DNA from: Epithemia pelagica
Lineage: Eukaryota > Protista > Bacillariophyta
Direction of reading: 5' to 3'
NCBI GenBank assembly: GCA_946965045.2
Contig: OX337230.1
Location: 1-64,000 of the forward strand
Length of the DNA: 64,000 bases
The translations under genes and the position numbers were made by a program. This document shows positions 32,810 to 45,314 of this stretch, in pieces. The notes under the pieces were generated by a model. It saw nothing but the letters and a program-made list of their open reading frames with translations. It had not been told where the DNA came from and searched no databases. Within the stretch, counting starts at the first letter, position 1. The number at the start of each line of letters is the position of its first letter.

Positions 32810-35800
32810 CTATATCATAGCTTGTCTTGATCTCAACACATCCAATTCATCTTCGGTCATGGACGGACTCAGGGCATTGGATTGAGTACTGCTGCTGCTG
32901 CAAGTATTTGTGTCCATGACGTTGGGTGTGCAGGTAAAGTCTAGACCATTTTTGATGAGTTGCAAGGCACTGTGGAGAGGACTACTTGGCTCGCTTTCTC
33001 CACTGTCATTGTCAGTTGCTTTTTGTTGTTGATCTTTCTCATTTACACTTGCGGCTGAACTTGCGATAAAATCACTCGAGGATTCCTCCGTGGCATCCCG
33101 TAGCTGAGCCCCTGCACAAATCAAGCCCAAACCTGCCGTAGTCGACTTCGCACGGCTTGTTTTGTTCATTTTGGATTCATCTGTACTATTCCTGCGCGTC
33201 GCTATTGTGGGACTTTCATCTTCTCGTTTTTCGCCATTTGCTGGTTCACGACTTAGACTCAAGAGGGCATTGTCGGATTGGCACAGCTGCAGGTCCGATT
33301 GATAGTTGGCCGATGCATTTCGTTCCATCGGCTTTGCCGCTTCGATGTCTTGCTGTTTCTTGCTGATCCATTCCAGACTCTCCACAGTGCGCCTTGAAAG
33401 AGGGTGGTCATCACCCAATACCGATTGCTGAATGAGCAAGGCTTCTTCTAGATCTACATTGGCTTCATTGAAATGACCCCAGTACAGTCGGATGGACCCA
33501 ATGTTGCACAAGGTCGACGCAATACTCAACAGTACTTGATTCGGAGTATCATCTTGTGGTTCACTGAGCGGCCCCTTGGTCGGCGTACTGCCCTTGTTGT
33601 CATTTTCCACCACATTGGATTCATCTGTCATCATCATTCGCAAGGTTTCACGTTGAATATCCAGGGCTTCTTCAAAGGCGACCTTGGCGACTTGCAATTC
33701 ATTGAGTTCGTACAAGCCACATCCAATGTTGTTGAGAATCTTGGCCACCTTTGGATGCTTGGGTCCAAACGCCCGTCGTCGTATACGCAAGGCCTGCCGA
33801 AAGTTGACAATGGCCTTTTTGTGCTTGCCCAGTTCCAGGTAGGCCACTCCCAATTGTGCCAAACTCACCGCCAAGTCCGCATGTTCCTTCCCCAATGCCA
33901 CTTGCCGGACCCGCACGGCTTCTCGACACACACGTGCGGCTTCACTGTAGGAGCCTCTCTTCATGTGCACCAAACCAATATTGTGCAGAGCCGTGCCCAC
34001 ACGCGGATGATCCTTGCCATAACGGGTGAGCTGGCCTCGTAAAATTTCTTCAAAGACTTCTAGTGCTTCCGCATATTCCATGTGTCGCAAGTGCTCAATG
34101 CCAATTTCGTGAATGGCTTGAAGGTTCTTTTCGGCATCCAAAAAGGTTCCATCGTCTAGGTCAATCGGCACCGAGAGAGGAGAAGCAGGTGGTGTTGCCT
34201 TGCTGTCGGATGGTGTGTCTTCTTTCTTGTTGGATCTCTTGCTGCCCCGAAACAGGTTCTTTTTGCTATTTTTGGGTTTCCGCGAGGCAGCATCTGTAAG
34301 AGAAGATGAGTCATCGTTGGCACGGTCTTGAGGATTGGCCCAGGCAACTGGACCCAGTTGTGATCCAAACGAAGGCAATGGAGAAGTAGACGTAGCACGA
34401 GTGTGATCCATACTGAATCGTTGTTCTCGGGATGGAGGGCCATTGTCAAGAGCCTCCGTTCCTCCTCCTCTTCCTTGTTCCGGTGTACTAGTATTGTCCA
34501 AGGATGCTGGGGTGGAATTTTGTCGTTTGGTGGCAATGGGAGATTTGGGTGTTTTGACTCGTCGACTGTTGCCTTCATCTTCAGATTCTTCGGTATCGGT
34601 ATCTTCTTCTTCATTGTCGGTATGAATGGACATGTCGTCAATGTCCGTCACGGATACCCCCACCGAGCCATTCGATACAGGATTGTTGCTGTCGTTCGTA
34701 TTCGCCAGTCCTCGTGACGACGACGACGAAGAATAGGGTGGTGGAGTGGCCGGATCGATATTGTTGGTTCCCATTGCCGCAATCGAACTAGCACTTCGTG
34801 TACTGGTAAAGTGTCCGGATGGACTGTTTTGGGTCACAATGGTCGAAGAAGAGGAAGGAGAGGGAATCCGCAAATCGACTCGTCGTTCCGACAACAAATC
34901 ATGCGTCGCCAGAGAAGGAAGACGAGAGGACGACAAAGTGGTGGTGGTCGACATGGCCTTGGCCAAGGCATTGGGAGAAGGCACGTTGCTGGGAGATGGG
35001 GTTTCACGTTTGCGTGACACCACCGGTGGGGGTGACAAGGATCGCGGAGGACGTTGTGTTGCGGCTTCCAGAGTGTCGGCCGCTTGGAGTGATGATTCTG
35101 CAGTTGTAGTAGGAGGAGACGATTTGGTGGCCAATTTCTTGTTTCGTTTCTTACTAGTGGCACTATTCACGGTCGGTGGCTTTCCCTGATGCGTGGCCAA
35201 ATCCTCCGACAACATGGTCGAGTCTCGTGTTTCACTGGTGGTACTGGTCGGATCTCGAGCCTCTGCTGGGTCACCACTCCCGGGAGTGCTACTGCTGCTG
35301 GATCGGGAGGACGAACCAAAGCCTCCCAATCGCCACCCCGCCGATTTCTGTGGCGTGGAGCTCGTCGTCTCGGTCGTATTCGTGGTTTGATTGGTGGTCC
35401 GTGTGATGGGTGGTTCCACCGCCAACGTTTCATGACCGGCAATGGTCGACAAGGAATGTTCGGCCGCCGTCGAGTAATTGGGACGGGGCAAGGGAAAGCG
35501 TCCACCACCTCCACCTCCGCGGGTGCCTCGAGTATTGCCTTGTTTTTCCGTGCGGGTACTGGCCAAGGAATGGACCGATTTTTGACTGGCGCGACTGGAT
35601 TCTCCCACCGATGCCGCATCACTGCCCGCCGATCGAGCAGTCTTCTTGTGTTTTCCAGTGTTGCGCATCAAGGTTCGCAAACTGGGGGCCTTGCTGTTGT
35701 TGTTGTGGTTGTCATTGGTGTTCTTCTTCAAGTCACTACTACTACTAGGACTCTCACTACTACTCCCCAAGCTATCGGAACGCAATCGCGATCGTCCTCG

Positions 35801-36592
35801 AGCGGCAGGAGTCGAGGGGTTGGTCGTGACGGTTGCTTGTTTGTGGGAGGAATAGACAGTGAGTCCCTGTGCTTTATTATTGTTCGTGTCACTGGGCATG
35901 TCGAGACTGCCCTGCGGCGTCGAGGGGTCCAAAAGCGTTTGCGGAGATGCCGCTCGGTTTCCTCCCTGCAGAGGCTCGGACTTGCTCCGATGGGGTGGCA
36001 TCTTTTGGTTGGTGGGAACCTTTTTGGGTCGCCATCGCATGCGTCGTCGAACCTTGCCATTGCGCAAGACGGTGGATTGACCGGAATTGAGCTTTTGGGT
36101 ATCAAATTGGGTTTCCAAGGCGCGACGATCGACTCCATAGGATTCCGTTTCGTCAAAGGAGGACCGATCAACCAACATGCCCCATCGAGGAATGGTATTG
36201 CTGCTGGACGACGATGCCTGGGACACTGACGAGGTGGTCTTGGAAGAAGCCAACGTGTGGTTGTTGTTCGTAGTATTGTTGGGTTTGGTGGGAGTCACGG
36301 ACGAGGTTCGAGTGGTTGTCGTGATAGAAAGAATGGTGGCCGATGGTGCGGTTGTTGTACTGGTTGTGGAGGAATGAGTGGTTTCATTCGCACGGAGGGC
36401 ATTCTTGAAGTTTCCCTCCGTAGTAGTTGTTTCGAGGGATTTGGAACCCATGGTGGTAACTTCTACCATGCTGCTGCTGTTGGTAATGTGTGGTTCTTCC
36501 AAACCACCAAGTCGAGGGCCCGTTGGAGTTCTCGTCGTACGATTGAGATTGTTGTTGTTGTCGGCACCAAAGTGACGCTCGTTCGGAGGCAT
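32810..36592 (-). CDS. TPR-repeat protein (kinesin-light-chain-like TPRs) with long Ser/Thr-rich N-terminus, 1260 aa
   Basis: Tandem TPRs, e.g. HPRVGTALHNIGLVHMKRGSYSEAARVCREAVRVR and HPKVAKILNNIGCGLYELNELQVAKVAFEEALDIQR. Confidence 0.88.
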   Translation of the reverse strand: MPPNERHFGADNNNNLNRTTRTPTGPRLGGLEEPHITNSSSMVEVTTMGSKSLETTTTEGNFKNALRANETTHSSTTSTTTAPSATILSITTTTRTSSVTPTKPNNTTNNNHTLASSKTTSSVSQASSSSSNTIPRWGMLVDRSSFDETESYGVDRRALETQFDTQKLNSGQSTVLRNGKVRRRMRWRPKKVPTNQKMPPHRSKSEPLQGGNRAASPQTLLDPSTPQGSLDMPSDTNNNKAQGLTVYSSHKQATVTTNPSTPAARGRSRLRSDSLGSSSESPSSSSDLKKNTNDNHNNNSKAPSLRTLMRNTGKHKKTARSAGSDAASVGESSRASQKSVHSLASTRTEKQGNTRGTRGGGGGGRFPLPRPNYSTAAEHSLSTIAGHETLAVEPPITRTTNQTTNTTETTSSTPQKSAGWRLGGFGSSSRSSSSSTPGSGDPAEARDPTSTTSETRDSTMLSEDLATHQGKPPTVNSATSKKRNKKLATKSSPPTTTAESSLQAADTLEAATQRPPRSLSPPPVVSRKRETPSPSNVPSPNALAKAMSTTTTLSSSRLPSLATHDLLSERRVDLRIPSPSSSSTIVTQNSPSGHFTSTRSASSIAAMGTNNIDPATPPPYSSSSSSRGLANTNDSNNPVSNGSVGVSVTDIDDMSIHTDNEEEDTDTEESEDEGNSRRVKTPKSPIATKRQNSTPASLDNTSTPEQGRGGGTEALDNGPPSREQRFSMDHTRATSTSPLPSFGSQLGPVAWANPQDRANDDSSSLTDAASRKPKNSKKNLFRGSKRSNKKEDTPSDSKATPPASPLSVPIDLDDGTFLDAEKNLQAIHEIGIEHLRHMEYAEALEVFEEILRGQLTRYGKDHPRVGTALHNIGLVHMKRGSYSEAARVCREAVRVRQVALGKEHADLAVSLAQLGVAYLELGKHKKAIVNFRQALRIRRRAFGPKHPKVAKILNNIGCGLYELNELQVAKVAFEEALDIQRETLRMMMTDESNVVENDNKGSTPTKGPLSEPQDDTPNQVLLSIASTLCNIGSIRLYWGHFNEANVDLEEALLIQQSVLGDDHPLSRRTVESLEWISKKQQDIEAAKPMERNASANYQSDLQLCQSDNALLSLSREPANGEKREDESPTIATRRNSTDESKMNKTSRAKSTTAGLGLICAGAQLRDATEESSSDFIASSAASVNEKDQQQKATDNDSGESEPSSPLHSALQLIKNGLDFTCTPNVMDTNTCSSSSTQSNALSPSMTEDELDVLRSRQAMI

Positions 36593-38056
36593 GCCACCAC
36601 TCGTCTCCTCCTCTTCTTGGAAGCAATCAAAAAGAGCAGAACCGTGCGATTCGGTTCAATCGGAGAACCTACAACAACACAAAGCCACCCAACACACAGG
36701 TAGCTGCTTGTACTTCTTGTTTCGTTTGGCACCTCCAAAAAAGTCTAGCGAGGCAGGCTCGTTTCAATTCAAGCAATCTCTCTGGTAGCTCGTGCCTGGT
36801 TGGTTCTTCCTATAACAAGGTAGGCAGCTTGAGTTGCAGAGCTCTATCGACTGGAACGAGTGCACTCGATTGATTTGCTTGTCTAGATATAGGAACGTCG
36901 CATCCAGAGTTGCCTCCCGCAATGTCGATCGCCCTTTTCGTTTTCTCTCCCACTACAATCTCGACAACGATTGACTTCTCGTCGTCGGTTGTTGATGGAA
37001 CGCGTCGATAGAGAGAAGAGAAGCCAATCTCCCTCTCTCGTTTGGTTTGTTGTCTTATCTTGTTGCCGTGAAGATGGTGTTGGAGCTACTTAGCATGCCC
37101 TTGAATTGTGCCCATGCGATGTAGTGTACACTCCATCACGCAGTCTCTCGAAAGTACGGCAGGCCCACCCGCCAAATCGGGAGGACCCGACTCGTGTACT
37201 TAGGAGTCTTGGCGAACTGGCAATACTCCACGTCGATTACAGCCTCGTCCGAAAAATCCACGTTCCTGGTCCGCGGTTGTCTATGTAACAGCGGCCCGCC
37301 TCACGCATAGATATAGATAACTAGTACACTTGAATCGATGCAGTCTGACAAAGGCTCAACGACACACTTCGCGAGCGTGCTTGTTCGCCCTAGTCTTTTA
37401 GCCACCAATCTACCAAACACTGACCACACTAACGTCGGGCCATTCCGACCGAGAGCTGGCCGGTCGTACAAACCAACCGCATCCATAAGCCATAGCCAAA
37501 TCTGCAACGGCTCGTACTTTTGTATCAGGAGGGCCGCATCGCCTGGCGGACCGGAAGAGAAAGGATACAAACTACAAGAGTGACGACGACCGGCCAACTC
37601 CTACTACCAGCCGAGGCAACAACAGCAAGAAACAAGAACAACGACAAGACCGTTCTATCATCTTCTATTACAGGAAGCAAAACAACTCTTTGACGCGAGA
37701 AACAACAACAAACTTGGAAACCCAACCACACAATACAAGAACCTTGTGCTAAAGGTCGTGTCTTTGTGGTTGTAGTTGTTGTTGGTGTTTTGTGTCACGT
37801 CTGATTGATTGGACCGATTGATTCCTTCCTAAACCGGTGGAATTCCTACCCAAGAGGTGCAAGAAAAGAGTCCGTTCCTTCCTCTCTCCCACAGAAAAAC
37901 AACATCCTTCATTCTCGACGACCGATTGTATCCTTTCGCACCTCTCTTGTGGAAACCAACCGCCCAACTTGCTACTCGAACAACAAGAAGAAACACCCCT
38001 CCTTCTCCTCCAATCTCCCTTTTGTCCAGTTCCATCCAAACACTATCATTATCATC

Positions 38057-40238
38057 ATGGACAGCAAAAGTCAACGCAATGGAGTCCAAGACGAACTCAA
38101 ACGTTTGCGGGAACAACAAGTGGCCAGGAATCAGCGAGAAAAACTCAAAGAACGTACGTATCTTTACCATAAATGGTGGATTGCTTCCAGACTGTGTGTG
38201 TCGAATGGAGGCATGTCCTTCCACTCGATACAACACCTGGTGTGCCTCCAGTTTCGTATTAGGTTGTCATGGTTTCTTGTGCTTCGACATGTGTGTCTCA
38301 CATTCTATTGCATTGTTTTGCTTGGAACGGTGTGCTTTGGGTCCATGCTTCACCCTTGTACTTGTATTGCTTGTTTCTTTCCAACTCTACTTATACACTT
38401 GAATGTGGCTCTCCAATATCTCTCTTTCTCGGTCCATGATTATTCTTATTATTATCATTCTTCCAGTTTCCATGGCGCCCTTGACGACACCCGAAGAGGC
38501 AAAAGCCTTTCTGGCCACCATGCGGGAAGCGCAACACAAGCGCGAACGCTCCCATCAACCCCCCAGTAACTTGTCGGCCGATGGTATGGATGCCTGGTTT
38601 TTGCGACAACGCAAGGAAGAACAGGAATTGCGCAATCGACGACGCGAGGCGGAAACCATTTTGCGCAATTATCGCAGTGGCAATCAAAATGGCAATAATA
38701 ACAACAACGGCAATGGCAACAGCCGAGCCAGTTGGGACAACAAATCGTCCTCCACACCTCGTCATTCCTATGTCGGATCCGAACATGGCAATGATACACC
38801 CACCGATCCCAACGATGATACGGAAAGCCACATTGCAGCCGACTATGCCGGTACGACGGCGGCTCTGTTTGCGACGCAACCCAAAACCACCAAGGGTCCC
38901 AGTAGTTTGCCGGATCAAGAAGAAAAGAAGGAAAGCATGGAACCCTCCTCCCCATCACAGCGCCGATTTGGGGGAACCACACACCCGTCCTTGTCGGCCA
39001 TTCCCCTGTCGGTCGAATCCACGCCTCCCTTGACCACTCCAGCAGCGGCTGTGGAAGAAACCATTTGGCGCGACTTTGTCAGTTCCGCACCAGGGGCCAA
39101 GTTTCCACCTCAGGCGGGTCGATATCACTTGTATTGTTCCTATGCCTGTCCCGGATCGCATCGGGCCTTGATTGTGCGAGCCCTCAAGGGATTGCAATCC
39201 GTCATTTCCGTCACCTATGTCCATCCGGTCTGGCGTTTGACCAAACCGCACGATCCCAATGACAAACATCGAGGCTGGGTCTTTGGACGACCCGGCGGAG
39301 ATCCCTTTGCCAATACCATTCACAAAGGCGGGCCCTTCCCGGCGGCCTATTCGGACAATGAACCCGATCCCCATCATCCGACCGCCTTTTCCATTCGGGA
39401 TTTGTATCAAGAAGCGCACGATACCAGCGGCAAATACACCATTCCTCTCTTGTGGGATACCAAATTGCAAACGATTGTCAACAACGAATCCTCCGACATT
39501 GCCTACATGTTCAACTCATGCTTCAACAACTTGGCCGAAAATCCGCACGTGGACTTGTATACCGAAGACGATGCCATTGAGCGTGCCAAACTTTCTCAAG
39601 TTTCCGACTGGCTTTCTCCCCTCATGATTCATGGTGTCTACCGATGCGGCTTTGCCAAATCGCAATGGGCCTACGATCGAGCGATCAATGAATTGTGTGC
39701 CGCCTTTGATCGCGCCGATGATATTTTGGAACGTCAACGGTACTTGACCGGCAACGATTGCTTGACCGATGTCGACATTCGTCTCTTTGTCACCTTGTTG
39801 CGGTTCGACGAAGTCTACACGGTCTACTTCAAGGCCAATGCCCGATTGGTCCTCTTGACGCCCAGTCTCCTCAATTTTTGTCGAGACATGTATCAAATGC
39901 CCGGTGTAGCCGCCACCTGCAATATGGAACAAATCAAGGCCCATTTCTTTGCCAGTCATGCCGAATGGAACAAGTACAGCGTCATTCCGCGCGGACTTGG
40001 CTTTACGGAACTGTTGGACATGCCGCACGATCGTGACAGTTTTGTCAGTACCAACAACCACTCTGCACCCAATGCCCTGACGGTCCTGGCCGCCCTGCCA
40101 CCCTCCACGACGACCACAACGGGGGACCGTCCTCCCGAGGAATATCCGGCATCACCGCCACAAAACAACGACACGCCACTCTCCAGCACGCATCGCAAAG
40201 TATCGTCGTTTGGAGATTCCAAGCCCCTGTTTTCGTAG
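38057..40238 (+). CDS. Glutathionyl-hydroquinone reductase (GST Xi/omega-like, YqjG/ECM4 family); predicted intron 38154-38466
   Basis: GRYHLYCSYACPGSHRALIVRALKGL, TIPLLWD, IVNNESSDI, GVYRCGFA, DIRLFVTLLRFDEVY; phase-compatible upstream exon MDSKSQ..LKE. Confidence 0.88.
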
Positions 40239-40381
40239 TCCATGAACCAAACATGAAAGGACGTGCATCGAGTCTAGGTAGACTATTCTTGATCCATTAT
40301 ATCCATGTAGCTGTTGCTCTTTTTGTGAGCTTGTGCCTTGAATCAATAATAGTACGTTGGATATTGCAGATAGGGCTTGTT

Positions 40382-40490
40382 GTACAGCTCTTGGTGGAAA
40401 GCCCGCTCGCGACGTCAACGCGGCTGTACAATGAACGGGTGAGGCGACAGGACGTCAATGGACGCCTGACAGGCACTATGGCACACCCCA
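40382..40490 (+). repeat. 109-bp dispersed repeat (second copy 47836-47944)
   Basis: gtacagctcttggtggaaagcc...ggcacacccca; one mismatch seen. Confidence 0.9.
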
Positions 40491-40758
40491 TCCCCTGCTT
40501 TGCAGCAGAGGAAACTTCCCCTGCCTTGCGACAGGGCCTGCCTTGCTACTCAAAACTTTCCCACGCCGTACGGCTCGTCGTGGCGCTCATGGTAAGCCTA
40601 CATGATACGTTCTGGTGCCTACAGCTTCGTTGACACTTAATGGTGTGTTTCGAATAACCATTTGGAGCAGAGTCTAGAGATTCTTCTAGAGAAACTAGCA
40701 TAAGTTCTTGTTGTTGGAGGAAACTTTTCTACAGCTGCTCGGTCCTTGATTTTCAGTG

Positions 40759-40938
40759 GAGACATCGTGTTCTTGCCACTCTCATACACGAGGTGGAGGT
40801 GGATCGTGGATATCATATCGATGCGCACCATTGCGCGCACGCCGCACGGACTGCATCCAATAAGACAGTAAGTGGATTTGATCTTGGTTCCACTCAGGTT
40901 GACGGTCTAACGGAAGATCTGACGAGCTGTTATACAGG
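40759..40938 (+). repeat. 180-bp dispersed repeat, copy 1
   Basis: Identical by eye to 56080-56259. Confidence 0.92.
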
Positions 40939-43602
40939 GGGCTTAGATAGATGGGCGCCGTCTACCCAATTTCGAACTAAGTCTTGGTCCCAAAACGGAC
41001 AGGATCCGCCGGTCGAGCCTTCCAGGAAAAGTTACCTCCAACGTTCGAAGATAAGGTCCATTGTTGTTGTTTTGTGTGCACCTTTCCATTTCTGATCGAA
41101 CATAGATCCATCGACACCTTCAGATCGATGACGGTGATCATACAAAAACAGCATTGATGAGATAGAACTCCAAAACCCTTCCGACGAGTTGGATGGGGCC
41201 TCTGCCACTATTTCGGAGCAAGATGACAAGCAAACAGATCCCTTTGTAGAACCAAGCATGTCATCGGATAAAAAGGCACCTGAGCCACCCTCGTCACCCA
41301 TTGAAATTGACAATGAGGTTGATTCTGTTCCAGTAGAAGGTACACTCTCGAAGCAAACGCTTCAAAAAGTATCGACGAAGAAGATACGGCAGATGTTGGC
41401 GTAAAGAAGGAAGAAGGACTCGTGACTCATGATAACGAAAATGCCGCCGTCTCAACAGACAATGACCAAGAAGATTATCATAGGGGAGATAACAAGAGTG
41501 AACCTAGTGAGGACGATCATGTTCAGGAAATCTAACATCCAGATCACGAAGAAGGGGCTTCGTTGAGCTCTTCGATGGTTGTCAGGACGGGAAAACGACA
41601 CAACTTGAAAACAGTGGCCGCATGCTTGAGATGACCGTCGTCCTTCAAGCAAGTGCATCATGGTGAATTCAGCAGTTTGTTTCGACAAGGGGGGAAAGTC
41701 TTCATCTGTTACGGCATCACAACGTCGCCGTGATCACTACGTACAGGCATGGGATATGGAACAAGAGGATGACTTCTCTTGTACCAGCATAGTAAGCCCT
41801 GCACCCACAGTCTATCACGCGATCAAGCTTTTGATTCGTCTAGTATACTGAAGAAAGTTCGACCACGAAGAATGTCCCTTTACCGGAAACCACGGGATCA
41901 GGCGAAGGTACTCTTGTAGAGACTTTCCCTCATGATGAGACTAGGGACAGCAATTGCTCCCATGTTGGTCACGTGACGATGATGCAGAACAAAACCTTCG
42001 TGATCAACCTCTACACACAGATGATGAGGAGAGAACACCAATGGAAGATGGAACAGAAGAAGACGAAAGATGCGCCTTATGAAAAGACAAGGAGTGAAGA
42101 ACAGGTCTCTACTAGCCATGAGAAACTTGGGGATGACCGTGATGACAATGTTACTGTATTAGAAAAGAAGACCGACGACGAGAAAGAAAGGGAGCCACTC
42201 CTTGCACGGTACCGAAACAAAGCATTCGCGGCATCTCATGTGGGAGCCGGAACGAGGAAACCGGGGTCGCATGGCACGGGGGGTTCCTTGTCGAGGCTCT
42301 CGCGTACATTTAGCTTTTTCCGGTCACGTTCCTCTATGTGGAGATCAAGGAATGAGGCTGTACGACGTCAAGAGAAGCAAGAACGCAACGAGCAAATTCA
42401 CGGATCTGATCCGCAGATTCTTTCGACAAATTCCGCTCCAGAAACCAGCACAACAGATGCTAACGTTGAGGGCAAGACTACTCCAAATGATGAACCACAG
42501 GAGGACATTGATAACGTTCGCAGTGACGAAGAGTCTCTTGCGACGTGGTCGGTGGCCACACTCACGAAGAAATGATCAGGACTGGAGACCGAAGTCCACT
42601 ACTGGACGAGAATGAAACGACGGACAAACAACAGAGCGGAACAACATCTTCTGAAGTCTCACAAAGACACAAAGAAAAGAAAGATTTGTTGTCAGCCTTT
42701 GGATTGACGAGTGGCACTACCAAGTATTCTCATTTGGATGCCGTTCAAAAGTCACTCTAGCTACGTGGACGATGACGAAACACTGGACAGTAGTCGGTTT
42801 TCGGATTTCACGTCCGAGACAGATCGTTCCATATCTAGTGGCTACGCCAAGGATGTTGGACCGCTTTGCACCCATGCCGCGGATTGCGTCAATGGAGAGT
42901 GTTCAACATCTTCTTCTGTTAGTGCATAGGCCGATCTTCCTCATCGGGATCCGTTTTTGCTCTTGTATCACAGGTGAAAACAATCGTCTCCGTCATCTTC
43001 TCAAGAACGGCAAGTACGCAATCCACGACGACGAGACGTGTCCAAACAACGGGCAGGAGGCCGCAAAACACAAGTCTTGTCGTCGTCCACGTCGCGAGGA
43101 ACTCGCAAGTCCACGGCCCCCATAGAAGAGTAGGAAAGTACCTCCTTTTTCTCAAGCTCCTCCCGTCAAACGAATTCTTCGTCCTGGTTTGGCTTTCCAT
43201 AGACTGGAATGCATGGATGATACACACACGAGTCTGTCCAGGGGAAGGAAGAGTCCATACTATACTGCTACTAATACTTGAAGCTAACCATAATAATAAC
43301 TCTTGAAGCTACACCTGGAAAAGGCAACAGTTATTTTGCACTTCATGGACAATTCAAGACCATGAGTTTTGAATTCTTACCGACATGGTAGTATGATGGA
43401 GTGTTGGCGGTGGTCCAACACTAGAGGAGGATTGACTGCGACATAGGTAGAGTAGCTTACTGAGGTTTGAGGTAGTGCTGGGGAATGAGACACGAGTCAC
43501 GAGTAGTGCGCCGCTCCATCCTGCGCGCGGTCGACCATACGTCATACTCTCATACGGCACTGTGAACTCCCGTTTTGGTCGTGCTTTGGTCTTGTCCAAG
43601 TC

Positions 43603-45050
43603 TTGCGTGACTCGGTCCATCGTTCCAGAAAAGATCGAAAAGATCCAAACCATCACACCAAGACGGAGGACACGACAAAAGCGATCTTCCAAATAATCTT
43701 CTTGGTGAGACGAAACGGACCAGGACAATGGCGAGGACGAAGAAGGCCCGAAGTGTTGGTGGTTTGTGGCAATCTTCACCAGGACAACGACGCACGACGC
43801 AAACAACCAGAATGTCTTGGGTCCACTCCTCGTGCAACGCTTCTTGCGAGGATTGCAGGGCGAATTTTGTGTGCGCGTCTTAGTACTGTTACTCGACAAA
43901 TACCGGACTTGTACACTCGTACCCTGTCGTAATATGGGACGGGTGTCACGTATAGACCAGCTGGAGGGTTGCATACGGACCTGGAAAGTTTGGAATTGGC
44001 CGTGACGGATGTGGACAAGATTGTCTATTGTACGACCACAACAACGACTCAGAATGGGACAACAACGATAACAACATTGACGAGTAGTGCCAAGGATTCC
44101 TGGCAAGGTTTGCAAAATTTGATTCAAGCCTATCAAACAGTACGACATGCCGATTATGAGGATTATGCGAACGATTCGCATGACGAAACGGACTCGTCCT
44201 GGTCCGAATTCAATGACACTGATGTCTCAACATCAATCTCATCATCATCTTCTTCTTCTTTGTCGTCGTCGTCGCAATTGGGACAATTGCAGTGGATGCG
44301 CTACAAGCTTGATCATGGTGTCTTTGTCGGCCGGTTGCCCGTACTTCTAACGTCATCATTATCCTCATCCTCCAATCATGCACGCTTTTCCCAAGCGGCC
44401 ATTTTCGGGAGTTGGTTGCGTTCCCTCGGAGCACCCGATCAAGGCATTGATTTGGCCAAGGCTCAATTTGGTGGTTTCATCCTACGTTTCTGCTTCGATG
44501 GTGGCACCTACCAAGCCATAGGTCGAACCGGTTTGTACGATACCAGGGGAATCGAATATGTCTGCAACTTTACCACCGTCACGAAACAACCACAAAAACA
44601 AACAACAACGCCAACCACAGGAAGCAATCAAACTGTCTTGTTTTCTCGAAATAAATTCACCACGGTCCGACTACCCTTGGAACGGTTCCAACCGGTCCAT
44701 TGTCGGAGGCCGACTCACACGGCCAATGACGAAACGACGACAGAAGAGCCCATCACCCTGGACGATGTACCGGCTTTTGTGGGACAGGATGTTCGACATA
44801 ATGGATTCCGGTTTCAAACGGCTAACAATCTACCACTGGGCCTTGTTCCACCAGCGAGCAGTAGCAACACAGGAGATACATCTGCGACCGACACATCACC
44901 ATTGTTGCAACGATTGAGTTCCAATTCGTATTACGGGTACAGCAACTATGATTACAACAAAGTGTTTGGCAATGAGCAACAAGTGCCGGAGCAATCCTTT
45001 TATTTGGCCTTTACCTATATTAAATTGTACCGATTGCAACCGGAAGTGGC
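43603..45050 (+). pseudogene. HCF173-like NAD(P)-binding + CIA30-domain gene, disrupted and 3-prime truncated
   Basis: RPEVLVV.., TLS*YGTGVTY..DLESLELAVTDVDKIVYC (Rossmann-like); FGGFILRFCFDGGTYQAI, FTTVRLPLERFQP, FYLAFTYIKLYR (CIA30-like); contains a stop and frameshifts. Confidence 0.6.
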
Positions 45051-45079
45051 AGCATGCAAACCTGTCGAGCACAAGCCTT

Positions 45080-45314
45080 TTTGTTTCAGACATTTGCCTC
45101 GGCCGTTCCAATGTACAATTTAAGTGCGGCCGTCTATTCTTACTCGGCCATAAATCGCAGTTGGCGCGAAGAACTGGCGCATGATCAGTTCAATCCGACT
45201 AAACTGTGGTGTTGGTTCTCGGGAACGGAGCAATCGGATATGCTGAAATTCATTGTCTACTACGGACCACTGTGGGTCGTTTTGCCATTATGTCTGTCTG
45301 TTTTCTCTCATTGA
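45080..45314 (+). pseudogene. Fragment of a 7TM GPCR-like (cAMP-receptor/GCR1-type) gene
   Basis: ASAVPMYNLSAAVYSY..., LWCWF, KFIVYYGPLWVVL resemble TM3 to TM5 of this receptor type. Confidence 0.45.

Noticed and set aside
35189-36229. 346-aa plus-strand ORF and other long antisense ORFs over 29-36.6 kb
   Set aside because: These are shadows of low-complexity intact genes on the opposite strand or frame, with no recognisable motifs.
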